Source: Bacteroidia bacterium (GTDB taxonomy: Bacteria > Bacteroidota > Bacteroidia > AKYH767-A > 2013-40CM-41-45). Taken from it: DNA of 64,000 nt. This document shows positions 37,501 to 46,945 of the stretch, one piece after another (the stretch's first letter is position 1; each line of letters starts with the position of its first letter). A program made the position numbers and the translations under genes. Below the pieces are notes generated by a model. That model saw only the letters and a list, made by a program, of their open reading frames with translations. It was not told the DNA's origin and ran no database searches. The DNA lies in the NCBI GenBank assembly GCA_046330055.1, contig JAXLTM010000004.1:2547-66546 (forward strand). The letters are read 5' to 3'.

Positions 37501-39575
37501 CATCCGGAAGAATTACATGGTGCATTCGTACCATTGATGTTTGCAGTGAGTACCGAAGGAGCAGCAATCGTCACACTTGCCGAAGCAGTACAGCCGATGT
37601 CATCGGTCAGGCTCACAGAATATGGACCGGGACAAAGCGTGAATAATGAATCATCGGTGTTGCCATTGTCCCACAAATACGTTTTTGCATAAGATGAATG
37701 TCCGAGTGCGACAAGCTGACCATCGCACTGTCCTGCACAACTCACCGGTTGCTGTGCAAACGTGACTGAACAAGAACAATGTCCGGGAATATTTGCATCG
37801 AGCCACTGAAGACGGGTAGTCATCCAGTTTTTCAAATTCTGAATTTCACCTGCATAAGTAGTAGGATACGGTGAAGGATTCGGCCACACATACGTTCCGA
37901 GAATTGGCCATGTATTGAAATTCCATGCCTGAGATTCGTTGATCGTAGATGTGATTGAATCAATCACTGCATTGAGATGCGAATTGCTCAATGTAGTCTG
38001 ACGAAAATTATTCCAACGGCATTTCATGCGATTGGTATAATTGGTGTCCGATAAAAGTTTCTGCCACCAGAATGGCACCTGCCAGCTATCGCCCGTGCAG
38101 GAGAAAAGATAAGCCCAGCCGGTAGTGTCGGTACCGTTACAATAGTTTGCATTACCATAAGCAATATCGTAATCCCAAACCGGACCGGCTTTTAGTTTTT
38201 TGCTTTTATCTTTGTGTATGTACGAACTGATGCGATAACCATCGACATTTTTACTCAGCTCATTGACGAAGAAATAATCTATCCACGAATTCTCACTGAT
38301 GAATTTCGGATAACCGACAGAAGTGTCACGGAAATTCGGTCCGGCTAAAGCGTCTTCGAAACTATCCACGTAGGCCTGAATGTATGCTTCCTGCGCAGGA
38401 ACAATTGAATCCGGCTGCGGGAAGTCGTATTGAATGTAAATCGTTTGTCCGTTAGAATGATTGATCGGAGCATAAGGCGAAGTCCAGCCTCCTCCTCCGC
38501 TTCCGGTTGTTTTATCGATCTTGAGAATGTAACCGCCGCTTACATCAGGTTGTGTGGTTTCATAGGGATGAAGATTTGCAATATCAACACGGCCTGCATC
38601 ACGTTTGATACTTTCCATGAAGACATAAATTCCCTGATAGGTTCCGTTCAGAACTACGTCAACGTATTTTGTGCGAACAGCGTAGTGTCCCATTTCATTC
38701 GACAACTGATATGATAATACGTTTCGGCAAAAAGATTTGTCGGTATAATTTGCACTGAGAATCCAGTCGTGCTCGGCCGGCATTCCGAAAATTGAAACAT
38801 CGAGTTTGTTGTTGCCGCTTGCATCTCTCGTCTCAAAGCCCCAGGATTTTTTGGGAAACATCTGCGAACTGGAGCCGCGGATTTCAATGGCAATTTTTCC
38901 ATTGTAAGCATTGGCCGCATCGGTGAGATGATTTCGTACACCGGTACCATTGTCGATGATCGACATATCGGCAATGATTTTTGGATCATCAACAATATTT
39001 TGCCCGTTCGTATTGATTACAACAATCGGCAAATTGGATTGAGAAAAAATAAATGTCTGCGCCGGTGTATTACTAAATTTCAAACTCCAGGAAGTTACCG
39101 AACCGGTGATTAAATTATTGGCATCATCAATTACGCGCAACTGCCAGGTGCCATTTCCATTTTGTCCGTTGTTAACACGCCAGAGCGATCCTTCCGGTCT
39201 GTAATTTCCCGTGAACGGAGCAGTACCTGAAGTAATGGACGTGGAAGCATCATTTCTGAAAACGGTATTGGTATAATTATCTCCTGTACCGCCATTGTCT
39301 GTCGTTAATTCAATGAGCGTTCCATCCGGTGCAGCCAGAAAACAATCGATATCTCTGTCCTGAGTATGTGTGATGTTGATGGTGACCGATTCCAAACCAT
39401 AATTAAAATCAATCGCCGACGGCGATAAACCGGAGACATTGATATTAAAACGCGATGTATCGGTAAGCGTGATGATGGAACCACCGCTGCCGGTGAAAGT
39501 CTGAGCGAACGTGAGTTGTGTTGCCGAGATAAAAATCAACAGCAGAAGAGTACAAAATTTCTTTTTCGTGATCAT
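34536..39575 (-). CDS. Giant secreted protein: P-domain (proprotein-convertase type), CotH kinase-like domain, about 13 SprB repeats, T9SS C-terminal domain
   Basis: Start taken at MITKKKFCTLLLLIF. P-domain-like segment: NITHTQDRDIDCFLAAPDGTLIELT. CotH-like segment: IEIRGSSSQMFPKKSWGFETRD...YILKIDK. GGTxPYxYxWSP..G...L.AGxYxVTVTDxxGC repeats 12-13 times. CTD is VFPNPANDYTVFAF. Confidence 0.8.
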   Translation of the reverse strand: MITKKKFCTLLLLIFISATQLTFAQTFTGSGGSIITLTDTSRFNINVSGLSPSAIDFNYGLESVTINITHTQDRDIDCFLAAPDGTLIELTTDNGGTGDNYTNTVFRNDASTSITSGTAPFTGNYRPEGSLWRVNNGQNGNGTWQLRVIDDANNLITGSVTSWSLKFSNTPAQTFIFSQSNLPIVVINTNGQNIVDDPKIIADMSIIDNGTGVRNHLTDAANAYNGKIAIEIRGSSSQMFPKKSWGFETRDASGNNKLDVSIFGMPAEHDWILSANYTDKSFCRNVLSYQLSNEMGHYAVRTKYVDVVLNGTYQGIYVFMESIKRDAGRVDIANLHPYETTQPDVSGGYILKIDKTTGSGGGGWTSPYAPINHSNGQTIYIQYDFPQPDSIVPAQEAYIQAYVDSFEDALAGPNFRDTSVGYPKFISENSWIDYFFVNELSKNVDGYRISSYIHKDKSKKLKAGPVWDYDIAYGNANYCNGTDTTGWAYLFSCTGDSWQVPFWWQKLLSDTNYTNRMKCRWNNFRQTTLSNSHLNAVIDSITSTINESQAWNFNTWPILGTYVWPNPSPYPTTYAGEIQNLKNWMTTRLQWLDANIPGHCSCSVTFAQQPVSCAGQCDGQLVALGHSSYAKTYLWDNGNTDDSLFTLCPGPYSVSLTDDIGCTASASVTIAAPSVLTANINGTNAPCNSSGCQGSATVNVNGGTAPYTYSWSSGHTTASATGLCSGTYTVTVTDAHNCTTVSSVTISNPSSPALSVSTANNASCFNLANGSASVSVAGGTAPYTYQWSPSGGSNSSASGLSAGNYVVTVTDATNCPATTSVTITQPSALNVTLQSTNTPCFGVAGGSVTSSVSGGTAAYTYLWSPGGATSASLTNVAAGIYNVTVTDAAGCTQTSSATVSDAPVITASTNASPVSCHNGNDGSVSVTASGGTGTLNYLWSPGGSTSSNVNSLSSGNYSVIITDGNGCTTTRSAVIANPSALTVTLSSNPSSCSMANGTATVSASGGTSPYTYLWQHNNSASSTEQNLLSGKYFVTVTDANGCSVYDSVIVQNNSGMTANIITQQDVSCHGGSNGSASLSAVGGVAPYTYQWSPSGGNSSSAGGLSAGNYSVLVQDATGCTSVQQVVIGEPETISVSIAVQDALCYSQSSGRLTAHTIGGTSPFTFQWSPSGGTDSIANNLHAGNYSVTIADAHGCTATAGASVNQPSMITISSQIVNSTCNSANGSAVVTAGGGTPAYSYSWNPSVSVSDSATNLAFGNYSVTVTDQHGCSLSSVVSVLTTSPPQLTVSSMTQATCNGDHDGALSLNVTSGSGPFIYDWSPAVSSTASASGLPAGLYSIIVTDIYGCRDSIGTFVEEPAPLGALIFAHNPSCANTNDGMLIAEAGGGTMPYSYLWMPGNQTTDTAFGLSTGTYALQLTDAHGCTATTSGTVTAPPAISLSGTTAGHTCFNECNGEASVIASGGTAPYSYLWNNGTTSETITNACAGTARVIVTDAMGCPDSVSFVITEDDSLSISITHVNASCTTCADGSALANVSGGTPPYNYNWTPGNDTTVSVNSLLAGVYTLCITDAHQCMKCDTVAILDLSIGIEELTKSTTLYVFPNPANDYTVFAFTLKSQQQVNLSVFTADGSLVATILNSEQSAGEHLIRYETLDLAKGVYYYKFLSNGAVKTGALVVVK

Positions 39576-39777
39576 GTAATTCATACAGAAAGCCGTCAGA
39601 AAAAAGACGGATGGATTCACTAAATTTTACTCGAAGAAGAAGCTGAAAGTTCCTTCCGGAACGGGTAATAAGCACTTATTAATTACAGGGAAATATCACT
39701 GAAAAAACTGCTACTGATCAATCGTAGAATAGAAAAATGTAAGAAAGCGTTGATTTTTTGACGAAGAAAAAAAGGTA

Positions 39778-40275
39778 TTAATCCAGATTCACCATTACCT
39801 GATTCTTCTCGACTTTATCGCCTTTTGTAACCAGTATTTTTCTTACAATTCCATCAGCAGGCGACTTGAGAATATTTTCCATTTTCATCGCCTCCAGTAC
39901 CACAAGTGCGTCACCTTTTTTAATCTCCTGACCACTTTCTACCATCACGTTCAAAACCATTCCCGGCATCGGTGCTTTAATGTCGTTTACTTTTTTACCG
40001 GCACCACCGTCAATTCCCATCTGACGAAGCAATTCATCATAACGATCCTTGACATCGACCGTGTAGGTATTCGAATTAATACGAATCACCACTGTCTTGC
40101 TATCCTTATCAAACGAAACAATCTCCGCCGAATACGATTGGTGATCTTTCAGAACATGAAAACGACCCTTACCGGTTTCGATAATATCCGTTTTCACTTC
40201 TTTTCCATCCACCAGATAACCCGAATCAACAGGCTCCACAGCATATTCCTTTCCGGAGATTTTAGCTTTGAACAT
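39778..40275 (-). CDS. Biotin/lipoyl-attachment protein (biotin carboxyl carrier-type subunit)
   Basis: 165 aa with a C-terminal biotinylation motif (VLEAMKMEN) inside a hammerhead-type domain. Confidence 0.8.
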   Translation of the reverse strand: MFKAKISGKEYAVEPVDSGYLVDGKEVKTDIIETGKGRFHVLKDHQSYSAEIVSFDKDSKTVVIRINSNTYTVDVKDRYDELLRQMGIDGGAGKKVNDIKAPMPGMVLNVMVESGQEIKKGDALVVLEAMKMENILKSPADGIVRKILVTKGDKVEKNQVMVNLD

Positions 40276-40293
40276 GGGGCGAAGGTAGGGGGA

Positions 40294-40486
40294 AATTGGC
40301 TAATTAGCTAATTGGCTGATGTGCTAATTAGCTAATGTGCTAATTGGCTAATATACCAATGGGTTGGGCTAAAAACTGTGAATCGTAAAGATACTTCTTA
40401 GAATCTGCAAACAGGATTGCCATTGTTCAACTCCTTTTTTGCCGGAATCCATTAGCTAATTAGCTAATCAGCCAATTAGCTAATTC
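40294..40486. repeat. Two inverted AATTAGCT/AATTGGCT arrays forming the arms of a 226-bp intergenic palindrome
   Basis: The arrays at 40294-40352 and 40451-40486 are roughly reverse-complementary. The outer ends carry ggggcgaaggta / taccttcgcccc, abutting both start codons. Confidence 0.85.
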
Positions 40487-40501
40487 CTTACCTTCGCCCC
40501 C

Positions 40502-43089
40502 ATGTCCATTCAAAAAACACTAATACCGGCTATGATGCTGGGGTTGATGGCAGGGTGTGCGGGGACGAAGGAGGTGGCTGGGCTCCGGTTGTGGAAACGT
40601 CAACAATTGCAGAATTGCCGGAGTACCGGTCGGCTTATACGAGGTACTTTGATCTGATACATACGGCGCTTGAACTGACTCCGGTCTGGCAGAAAAAGGA
40701 GATGGAAGGTACAGCAGTCATTACCGCCCATCCGCATTTTTACCCGACTGACTCTCTGGTTTTGCATGCGCGAGGAATGATCATACACGAGGTAGGTTTG
40801 AAGGAGAATGATAATTCAAAACAGCTTTTATACGATTATAAAAATGATGATCTGACGATTTACCTTCCGCGGAAAATGCAGAGGACGGATACGGTAACCG
40901 TCAGTATCCGGTACACTGCACGACCGGAAACTTTGCCGCCGGGCGGTAGTCGTGCGATCATAAAGGACAAAGGCCTTTACTTCATTAATGCCGACAGCAG
41001 CGATCACTCTACTCCTACTCAGCTTTGGTCGCAGGGTGAGACCGAAAGTAATTCGGCGTGGTTTCCTACGATTGAATCGCCGGAACAGAAAATGACGAGT
41101 GAGATTACGCTGCATGTAGATACGGCATTTGAAACTGTTTCGAACGGAATTTTAGTAAGCTCGGTTGTAAATGGTGACGGTACTCGTACCGATCATTGGA
41201 AACAGGATTTGCCAATGGCACCGTATCTGGTCATGATTGCTGTCGGAAATTTTGCAAAAGTTACCGATCAGTGGAATGGAATGGAAGTATCCTACTACGT
41301 GGACCCGCATTTTGAAAAGATGACGAGAAATGTTTTCGGACACACTCCGGAGATGATCGATTACTTTTCAAAATTGTTGAACTACCCTTATCCGTGGGCG
41401 AAGTATAGTCAGATCGTTGTTCATGATTATGTCTCCGGCGCCATGGAAAATACTTCAGCCGTTATACACGGCACCAATATGCAGCTCACTACGCGTGAAT
41501 TGCTCGACAGAAATTACGAATACTATATTTCGCACGAACTTTTTCATCATTGGTTTGGCGACTTAGTAACTTGTCGAAGCTGGAGCAACATTACACTGAA
41601 CGAAGGCTTCGCCAATTACGCCGAGTACTTGTGGAATGAACACAAATACGGAAAACAATACGCCGATGAAAACTTGCTCGATGAACTCTCCGGTTATCTG
41701 AATGCATCGGAAAAAGCTGATCCGCCATTGATCCGCTATTATTACAACGACCGTGAAGACATGTACGATCGCATCTCCTATAACAAAGGCGGTTGTGTAC
41801 TTCACATGCTCAGGAAATACGTAGGTGATGAAGCTTTTTTCTCTGCACTTCATCTTTATCTGACTCGTCACGCTTTCGGTACCGCAGAAGTAGATGATCT
41901 GCGACAAGCATTCGAAGATATCTGCGGCGAAGATCTGCATTGGTTTTTCAATCAATGGTTCCTGAGTAATGGCTATCCGATTCTGCAGATGGATTACAAC
42001 TGGAAGAGCGATAATCATTCACAACAAATTACACTCACGCAACTTCAGGATCTGAAAAAGAATCCGCTTTTCCGTTTACCGCTTGATGTGGATTTTTATT
42101 TCGGAGAGAAGAAGATTACGAAGAAGATAGTAATGACGAAGCAAAAGCAGGATTTCACCTTCGTCTTTGAAACAAAACCGGATATGATCATCGTTGATCC
42201 GGAGCGAAGTATGGTTGGCAAGAGAAAAGACAATAAGAGTTTCGATGATTATGTTTACCAGTATTACCACACGAGCTCTTACATGCTCCGCTTGTCGCCG
42301 GTGCTGGCAATCAACTCCAACTTCATTTCCGGCACACCGGCTGAGAAAATGATGATTGATGCACTGAAAGACAGTTCGGGTGAAATCCGTTCCTATGCAT
42401 TAAGCTATTTGAAATCCGATATCGAAGCACAGCCGGATTCATTTTACAACCACTTAGTTGAGATCGCTCTGCATGATACATCAACTGATAACCGAACGAT
42501 GGCATATGATTATCTTGGAAATAATTTTCCTTTCGAAAAAGTCAGGCCGTTGTTTTTGAATGCACTTTCCGACAGTTCGTATCATGTGATTGCGAAAGCT
42601 TTTAAGATTACGGCAAAGAAAGGCAATGAAAATATTGATTCCATTACGACGAAACTGGAAGAGTTGAATACGGCTTCAATCTATGTCACTTTAACGGATT
42701 ACTATTCCGAAAACACCAAAGCAGGCATCGACAAGAGCGATTATTTCCTGCGGGCGCTTGACAATACCAATTCCTGGAGCAAATATTATGTGATTGAAAA
42801 TTACAACGACTACATTCAACGCAGCAATGATGTAAGCATCATTTCTCGTTCTATTGACAAGCTGCGAATGATTGGCTCCACCAGTAACAATCGTTCTATT
42901 TCGCGAAGTTGTATCAAGGCCTTGAATTCCGGGAAGAATATTCTCGATGCGAAACTGAAAGAGATAGAGGAGAAAGAAAAAGATTCTTCAACTGAACATT
43001 TATCACCAACTGATCAGCGCAACAAGATTGATTATCAGAAGATGAAGGAGAAGATTGAAGCGGCTGTTGCGGGGATAAAGAATAAATAG
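40502..43089 (+). CDS. pepN: M1-family aminopeptidase N, lipoprotein; the signal peptide is in a different frame from the body as sequenced
   Basis: Has GAMEN and HELFHHWFGDLVTCRSWSNITLNE (HExxH+18E). The ATG at 40502 encodes MSIQKTLIPAMMLGLMAGC (lipobox). The listed ORF starts at GTG 40555 in another frame. The shift is consistent with the G4 run at 40561-40564. Confidence 0.8.
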
Positions 43090-43147
43090 ACTTTTTCTGT
43101 TGTCAATTTATTGCGAGCGCAAATCTTGGGATTTACGAGAAACATCA

Positions 43148-43236
43148 TTTTAAACCACGGACACGAAGAATCACAGAGGAGTCTGAGTATCGTTATTTCA
43201 GTGAGCCACTGTGCGCCTTGTGTCCTTCGTGGAAAA
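43148..43236. repeat. T-run / hairpin / A-run element (cacgga/cacagag word family) in a convergent gap
   Basis: ttttaaaccacggacacgaagaatcacagagg...cactgtgcgccttgtgtccttcgtggaaaaaa. The arms ccacggacacgaag and cttgtgtccttcgtgg are largely complementary. Confidence 0.7.
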
Positions 43237-43248
43237 AATCTCCTTCGT

Positions 43249-44555
43249 TTAATTGGATAGCCGAATAAGCGTCTTACCAATCTCGTCTCTCAACTTCGGC
43301 GACACTTTTACTTCATCGGCGTAATTTTTCCAGCGGCTAACGATTTTACTGATATCAAAAATAATATCCTCTGCATTTTTACATCGGATCGATTTTCCGA
43401 TTACAAGTAAATCATCCTTTGTGATATTCGTCCGCCTTCCGTTTATACTCAACGCATGTTGACTCACCCACTGATGTTTTGGCTGATAGGCGTGGCATAC
43501 ATCATAAGCAGGAGATAACTCCCAGGTCTGACCTTTCTTCAGACGAAACGAAAAGTTCTTGGTATGATCATCGCAATTGCGTGCAAGAACATTGAAAACC
43601 ATTCTTCGGAACATTTGTTCGGCTTCAGGATACGGTAATTTCAATTCGCGCATGGTTTGAAACAATTGTTCATAGCTAAAACTGGTGATGGCATTGAAAT
43701 CAAAATGTTTCATTGCACAGAACGTTGAATGTGATGCTTTACTGTACCATTCTCACGATCAAAACGCTTTGTCATGAAATGTGCCCGACCATTTTCTTCG
43801 AGCAAACGAGATGGCATCATTTCAATGCCGCAGGCCTGAGCCATATTGTAATAGGCCATCTCTACACGTCCATATCCTTTGCTTGCACCAAGCTGCACAT
43901 CACTTACTCCGTCGAGTTTCAGAAGCCAGTGATCAAATCCCTTCGGTGCCTGAGTTTGCCCTGATTTTACTTCACCCGTTTTTTCATTGTAAGCAATGAC
44001 GGCCTTCGGTCGTGCTCCTCCTGCTGATGTACCAATCCGCAATAAATCCATCAATGCTTTTGCTTCTTCTGATTTTAGGTTTGTCTTGAATTCTTTTTTT
44101 GAAGAAAGAATTTTTTGCGCCATCTCCACCAGACTTTCGATTTCGACAGAAAATGTTTTCGGTCCATCTTTCAAAACCGCAGGCTCAAATTCGAGCGCGC
44201 CCATTCCGCGTGTTCCTATAAAGCAAAGCATTTCTACGGGATTCATACTATCCGAAGAACGACCTTGTTGAGCCAGCCATACATTGATTAAATCACTTCC
44301 GTATCGATCCGGCAAGACATCTGCAAGTAATCCCGGCAGTCCTTTAAAAGTATCATCATTCTGATCTGCTTTTTTCCGGAGCGCAGGAAATGAAAAAATA
44401 TTTTTCGAAGAATTAATTGGCATCATTAACGGAGCAAGATCCCACCGGAGGCTTTTAAACTTCGGATCATATTCAAAAGATGCCCATCCGTTTGCATCGT
44501 TCCATGCAACGGCACCAACAACTTCTCCCCAGATTTTTACAAATGCCGTATTCAT
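43249..44555 (-). pseudogene. hipA: HipA-family toxin kinase, split by one frameshift as sequenced
   Basis: ORFs 43710-44555 (HipA N-terminal/coupling domains) and 43249-43713 (C-terminal domain with DDHTKNFSF). Adding one A at TT 43725-43726 gives the continuous reading HHIQTFCAMKHFDF. Confidence 0.8.
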
Positions 44556-44558
44556 TTT

Positions 44559-44906
44559 TTACCAATCCGATTTTTTCGATGAATCACTTTTCTTTTTCCC
44601 GGCTCGTAGTCGTTGTTCCTGTTCGATTTTTGCCAAAGCAATTGGACTGATTTCTTTCTTTACAACAAAGACGTCCATTACCTGCAACAAATTCAGAACG
44701 CGAAGCACCTGAATGAGTGTTGCGACAGTAACCGTTTCCCCTTTCTCCAACAAACTCAATGTGGAACGACTAATGCCGGCGGCATGTGAGATGTCCTGCT
44801 GCGTTTTGTTCTGCTCCAACCGATGATGTTTTACATACTCGCCAATCACTCCGGCAAGGGCCTGATCACTCATTGAATTCCAATTTTTGAATGATATATC
44901 AGTCAT
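44559..44906 (-). CDS. hipB: XRE-family HTH antitoxin (HipB-like)
   Basis: 115 aa with an HTH (QQDISHAAGISRSTLSLLEKG). Its stop lies 3 nt upstream of the hipA start. Confidence 0.75.
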   Translation of the reverse strand: MTDISFKNWNSMSDQALAGVIGEYVKHHRLEQNKTQQDISHAAGISRSTLSLLEKGETVTVATLIQVLRVLNLLQVMDVFVVKKEISPIALAKIEQEQRLRAGKKKSDSSKKSDW

Positions 44907-45039
44907 TTTAGTATATTTTTGATACTTAGGAATGATTTATCATACGAATATAAGTGATTAAAGTTCCGGAATCAAGTTTCTTGTCTGATTTATCATTCAT
45001 TGTAGTAATATTTCAAGAATTATGAATGATATTTCATTC
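44889..45039. promoter_or_regulatory. Four TGAT-N4-(A/T)TCA operator-like palindromes at the hipBA 5' end
   Basis: tgatatatca at 44892, tgatttatca at 44933, tgatttatca at 44986 and tgatatttca at 45027. Most sit within GAATGAT...TCATTC. Spacings are 41, 53 and 41 bp. Confidence 0.45.
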
Positions 45040-45079
45040 AGATAGAGCTAAAAATGAAGCCGGGGCTGCGTACTACTTC

Positions 45080-45187
45080 TTTTTTCACCACAGAGATCAC
45101 ATAGTCCACGGAGGACCACATAGAGGTCTCTCGCGAGGGCACCTTTGTGATCCTTCGTGAATCTTGTGTCCTCTGTGGTAAAAAAAA
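45080..45187. repeat. T-run / long hairpin / A-run element, same family as 34166-34432
   Basis: ttttttcaccacagagatcacatagtccacggaggaccacatagagg...ggcacctttgtgatccttcgtgaatcttgtgtcctctgtggtaaaaaaaa. Shares the core ccac.tagagg...ggcacctttgtg.t.ctt.gtg.at. Lies 3' of rnhA. Confidence 0.8.
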
Positions 45188-45203
45188 TTATAAGAATAGG
45201 CGC

Positions 45204-45659
45204 TCAATCCTGATTCTCCTCGTAGTAAATATCCACTTTAAGATTTTCTCCGAAAGATGCAGCAACAGCAAGTTCATCACAGTGATTATTCTCTTTGTTC
45301 GAAGCGTGGCCTTTCACCCAGTGAAATTTTACTTTATGCTTTCGGTAGATGCGCAGAAATCTTGACCAGAGATCGGGATTCTTCTTTCCGGAAAAACCTT
45401 TTTTCTCCCAACCGAAAACCCATTTTTTTTCTACACTGTCGACAACATATTTTGAATCTGAAAAAACAACAACCTCCGAGCCTGCATTCTTCAACGCTTC
45501 AAGTGCAACGCAGACACTCATCAGCTCCATGCGGTTGTTGGTGGTCAGGCGATATCCTTCCGACATTTCTTTTCGATGTTTTCCTGAGATAAGTACAATG
45601 CCATATCCGCCCGGACCGGGATTGCCGCGTGATGAACCATCGGTATAAACGTGAATCAT
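45204..45659 (-). CDS. rnhA: Ribonuclease HI
   Basis: 151 aa. [26 protein letters not shown] and WVKGHA..ENN.CD match the RNase H pattern. Confidence 0.9.
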   Translation of the reverse strand: MIHVYTDGSSRGNPGPGGYGIVLISGKHRKEMSEGYRLTTNNRMELMSVCVALEALKNAGSEVVVFSDSKYVVDSVEKKWVFGWEKKGFSGKKNPDLWSRFLRIYRKHKVKFHWVKGHASNKENNHCDELAVAASFGENLKVDIYYEENQD

Positions 45660-46858
45660 CCGATGGCCTCTTTCTTCAATACGCCAAGCTCTCGGCCTAC
45701 TTTGGTGAAGGCAGCAATTGCTTTGTCGAGATGATGACGATCGTGACCGGCTGAAATCTGCACGCGGATGCGGGCATTGCCTTTTGCCACTACAGGATAG
45801 AAAAAGCCGACAACGTAAATTCCTTCGTCGAGCAGTTTTGCTGCGAAGTCTTGTGCAAGCTTGGCATCGTATAACATGATCGGTACAATCGGATGCTCGC
45901 CGGGTTTGATGTCAAATCCTGCCTTCGTGATTTGCTCACGGAAGTACTTTGTGTTTTCCCAGAGTTTATCGCGTAGTGCTGTAGTTGAACTAAGCATGTC
46001 AATCACGGCAATCGATGCACCGACAATACTTGGTGCCAATGAATTTGAAAACAGATATGGCCGTGAACGCTGACGAAGCATTTCGATAATTTCTTTTCTA
46101 CCACTGGTGAATCCGCCCATGGCGCCACCTAAGGCTTTGCCAAGCGTGCCGGTGATGATGTCAATTTTTCCCATCACATTACGATACTCGTGTGTACCTC
46201 GACCGGTTTTTCCCATGAAGCCGGAAGCATGACACTCGTCGATCATAATCAAAGCGCGGTATTTCTCTGCGAGTGCTACAATTTTATCGAGTTGCGCAAT
46301 CGTGCCGTCCATGCTGAACACACCGTCAGTCACTACAATGCGGTGACGAAGATTTTGTGTTTCGAGAAGTACTTTCTCGAGCTCTGCCATGTCGTTGTGT
46401 TTGTAACGAAAGCGTTGTGCTTTGCAAAGACGAACACCGTCGATAATGGAAGCGTGATTCAATTCATCGCTGATGATGGCATCCTGCTCGTTGAGTAGTG
46501 GTTCGAATACACCGCCGTTGGCGTCGAAGGCGGCAGCGTAGAGAATGGTGTCTTCCGTGCCGAGAAAGGCGGAGATTTTTTGTTCGAGTTCTTTGTGAAT
46601 GTCCTGCGTGCCGCAAATAAAGCGGACTGATGACATGCCGTAGCCGTGAGTATCGATGGCTTTCTTGGCGGCTTCAATGACTTTCGGGTGAGAGGAAAGT
46701 CCGAGGTAATTATTGGCGCAGAAATTAATCACCTGCTTGCCGTTGGCAACGATATCGGCTCCTTGCGGAGTAGTGATGATGCGCTCTTTTTTGTAGAGAC
46801 CGGCGTCGGTGATTTCCTGAAGTTCTTTTTGGAGGAGGGGGTGGAGAGTGTCGTACAT
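45656..46858 (-). CDS. kbl: Glycine C-acetyltransferase (2-amino-3-ketobutyrate CoA ligase), PLP-dependent
   Basis: [33 protein letters not shown] and the lysine motif [10 protein letters not shown]. Start taken at MYDTLHPLL, because the longer start reads into a hairpin repeat. Confidence 0.8.
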   Translation of the reverse strand: MYDTLHPLLQKELQEITDAGLYKKERIITTPQGADIVANGKQVINFCANNYLGLSSHPKVIEAAKKAIDTHGYGMSSVRFICGTQDIHKELEQKISAFLGTEDTILYAAAFDANGGVFEPLLNEQDAIISDELNHASIIDGVRLCKAQRFRYKHNDMAELEKVLLETQNLRHRIVVTDGVFSMDGTIAQLDKIVALAEKYRALIMIDECHASGFMGKTGRGTHEYRNVMGKIDIITGTLGKALGGAMGGFTSGRKEIIEMLRQRSRPYLFSNSLAPSIVGASIAVIDMLSSTTALRDKLWENTKYFREQITKAGFDIKPGEHPIVPIMLYDAKLAQDFAAKLLDEGIYVVGFFYPVVAKGNARIRVQISAGHDRHHLDKAIAAFTKVGRELGVLKKEAIG

Positions 46859-46866
46859 TGTTTCAG

Positions 46867-46936
46867 TTTTTTTTACCACTAAGGCACTAAGTCACAGAGA
46901 AGCACTAAGTGTCTCTGTGTCTAAGTGGTTATTTTT
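46867..46936. repeat. T-run / hairpin / A-T-run element (ctaagt/cacagag words)
   Basis: ttttttttaccactaaggcactaagtcacagagaagcactaagtgtctctgtgtctaagtggttattttt. The accacttag / ctaagtggt arms are complementary. Confidence 0.75.
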
Positions 46937-46945
46937 CGCCTTGAC

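Noticed and set aside
40276-40501. TACCTTCG as the -7 promoter box of the divergent genes
   Set aside because: It deviates from TAnnTTTG (it has TTCG) and sits only 4-5 nt from the ATGs. Clear TAnnTTTG boxes elsewhere in the window lie 12-45 nt upstream. It is kept as an unexplained motif instead.
45147-45365. 72-aa ORF (ILRESCVLCGKK...)
   Set aside because: It starts inside the hairpin repeat at 45080-45187 and runs antisense into rnhA.
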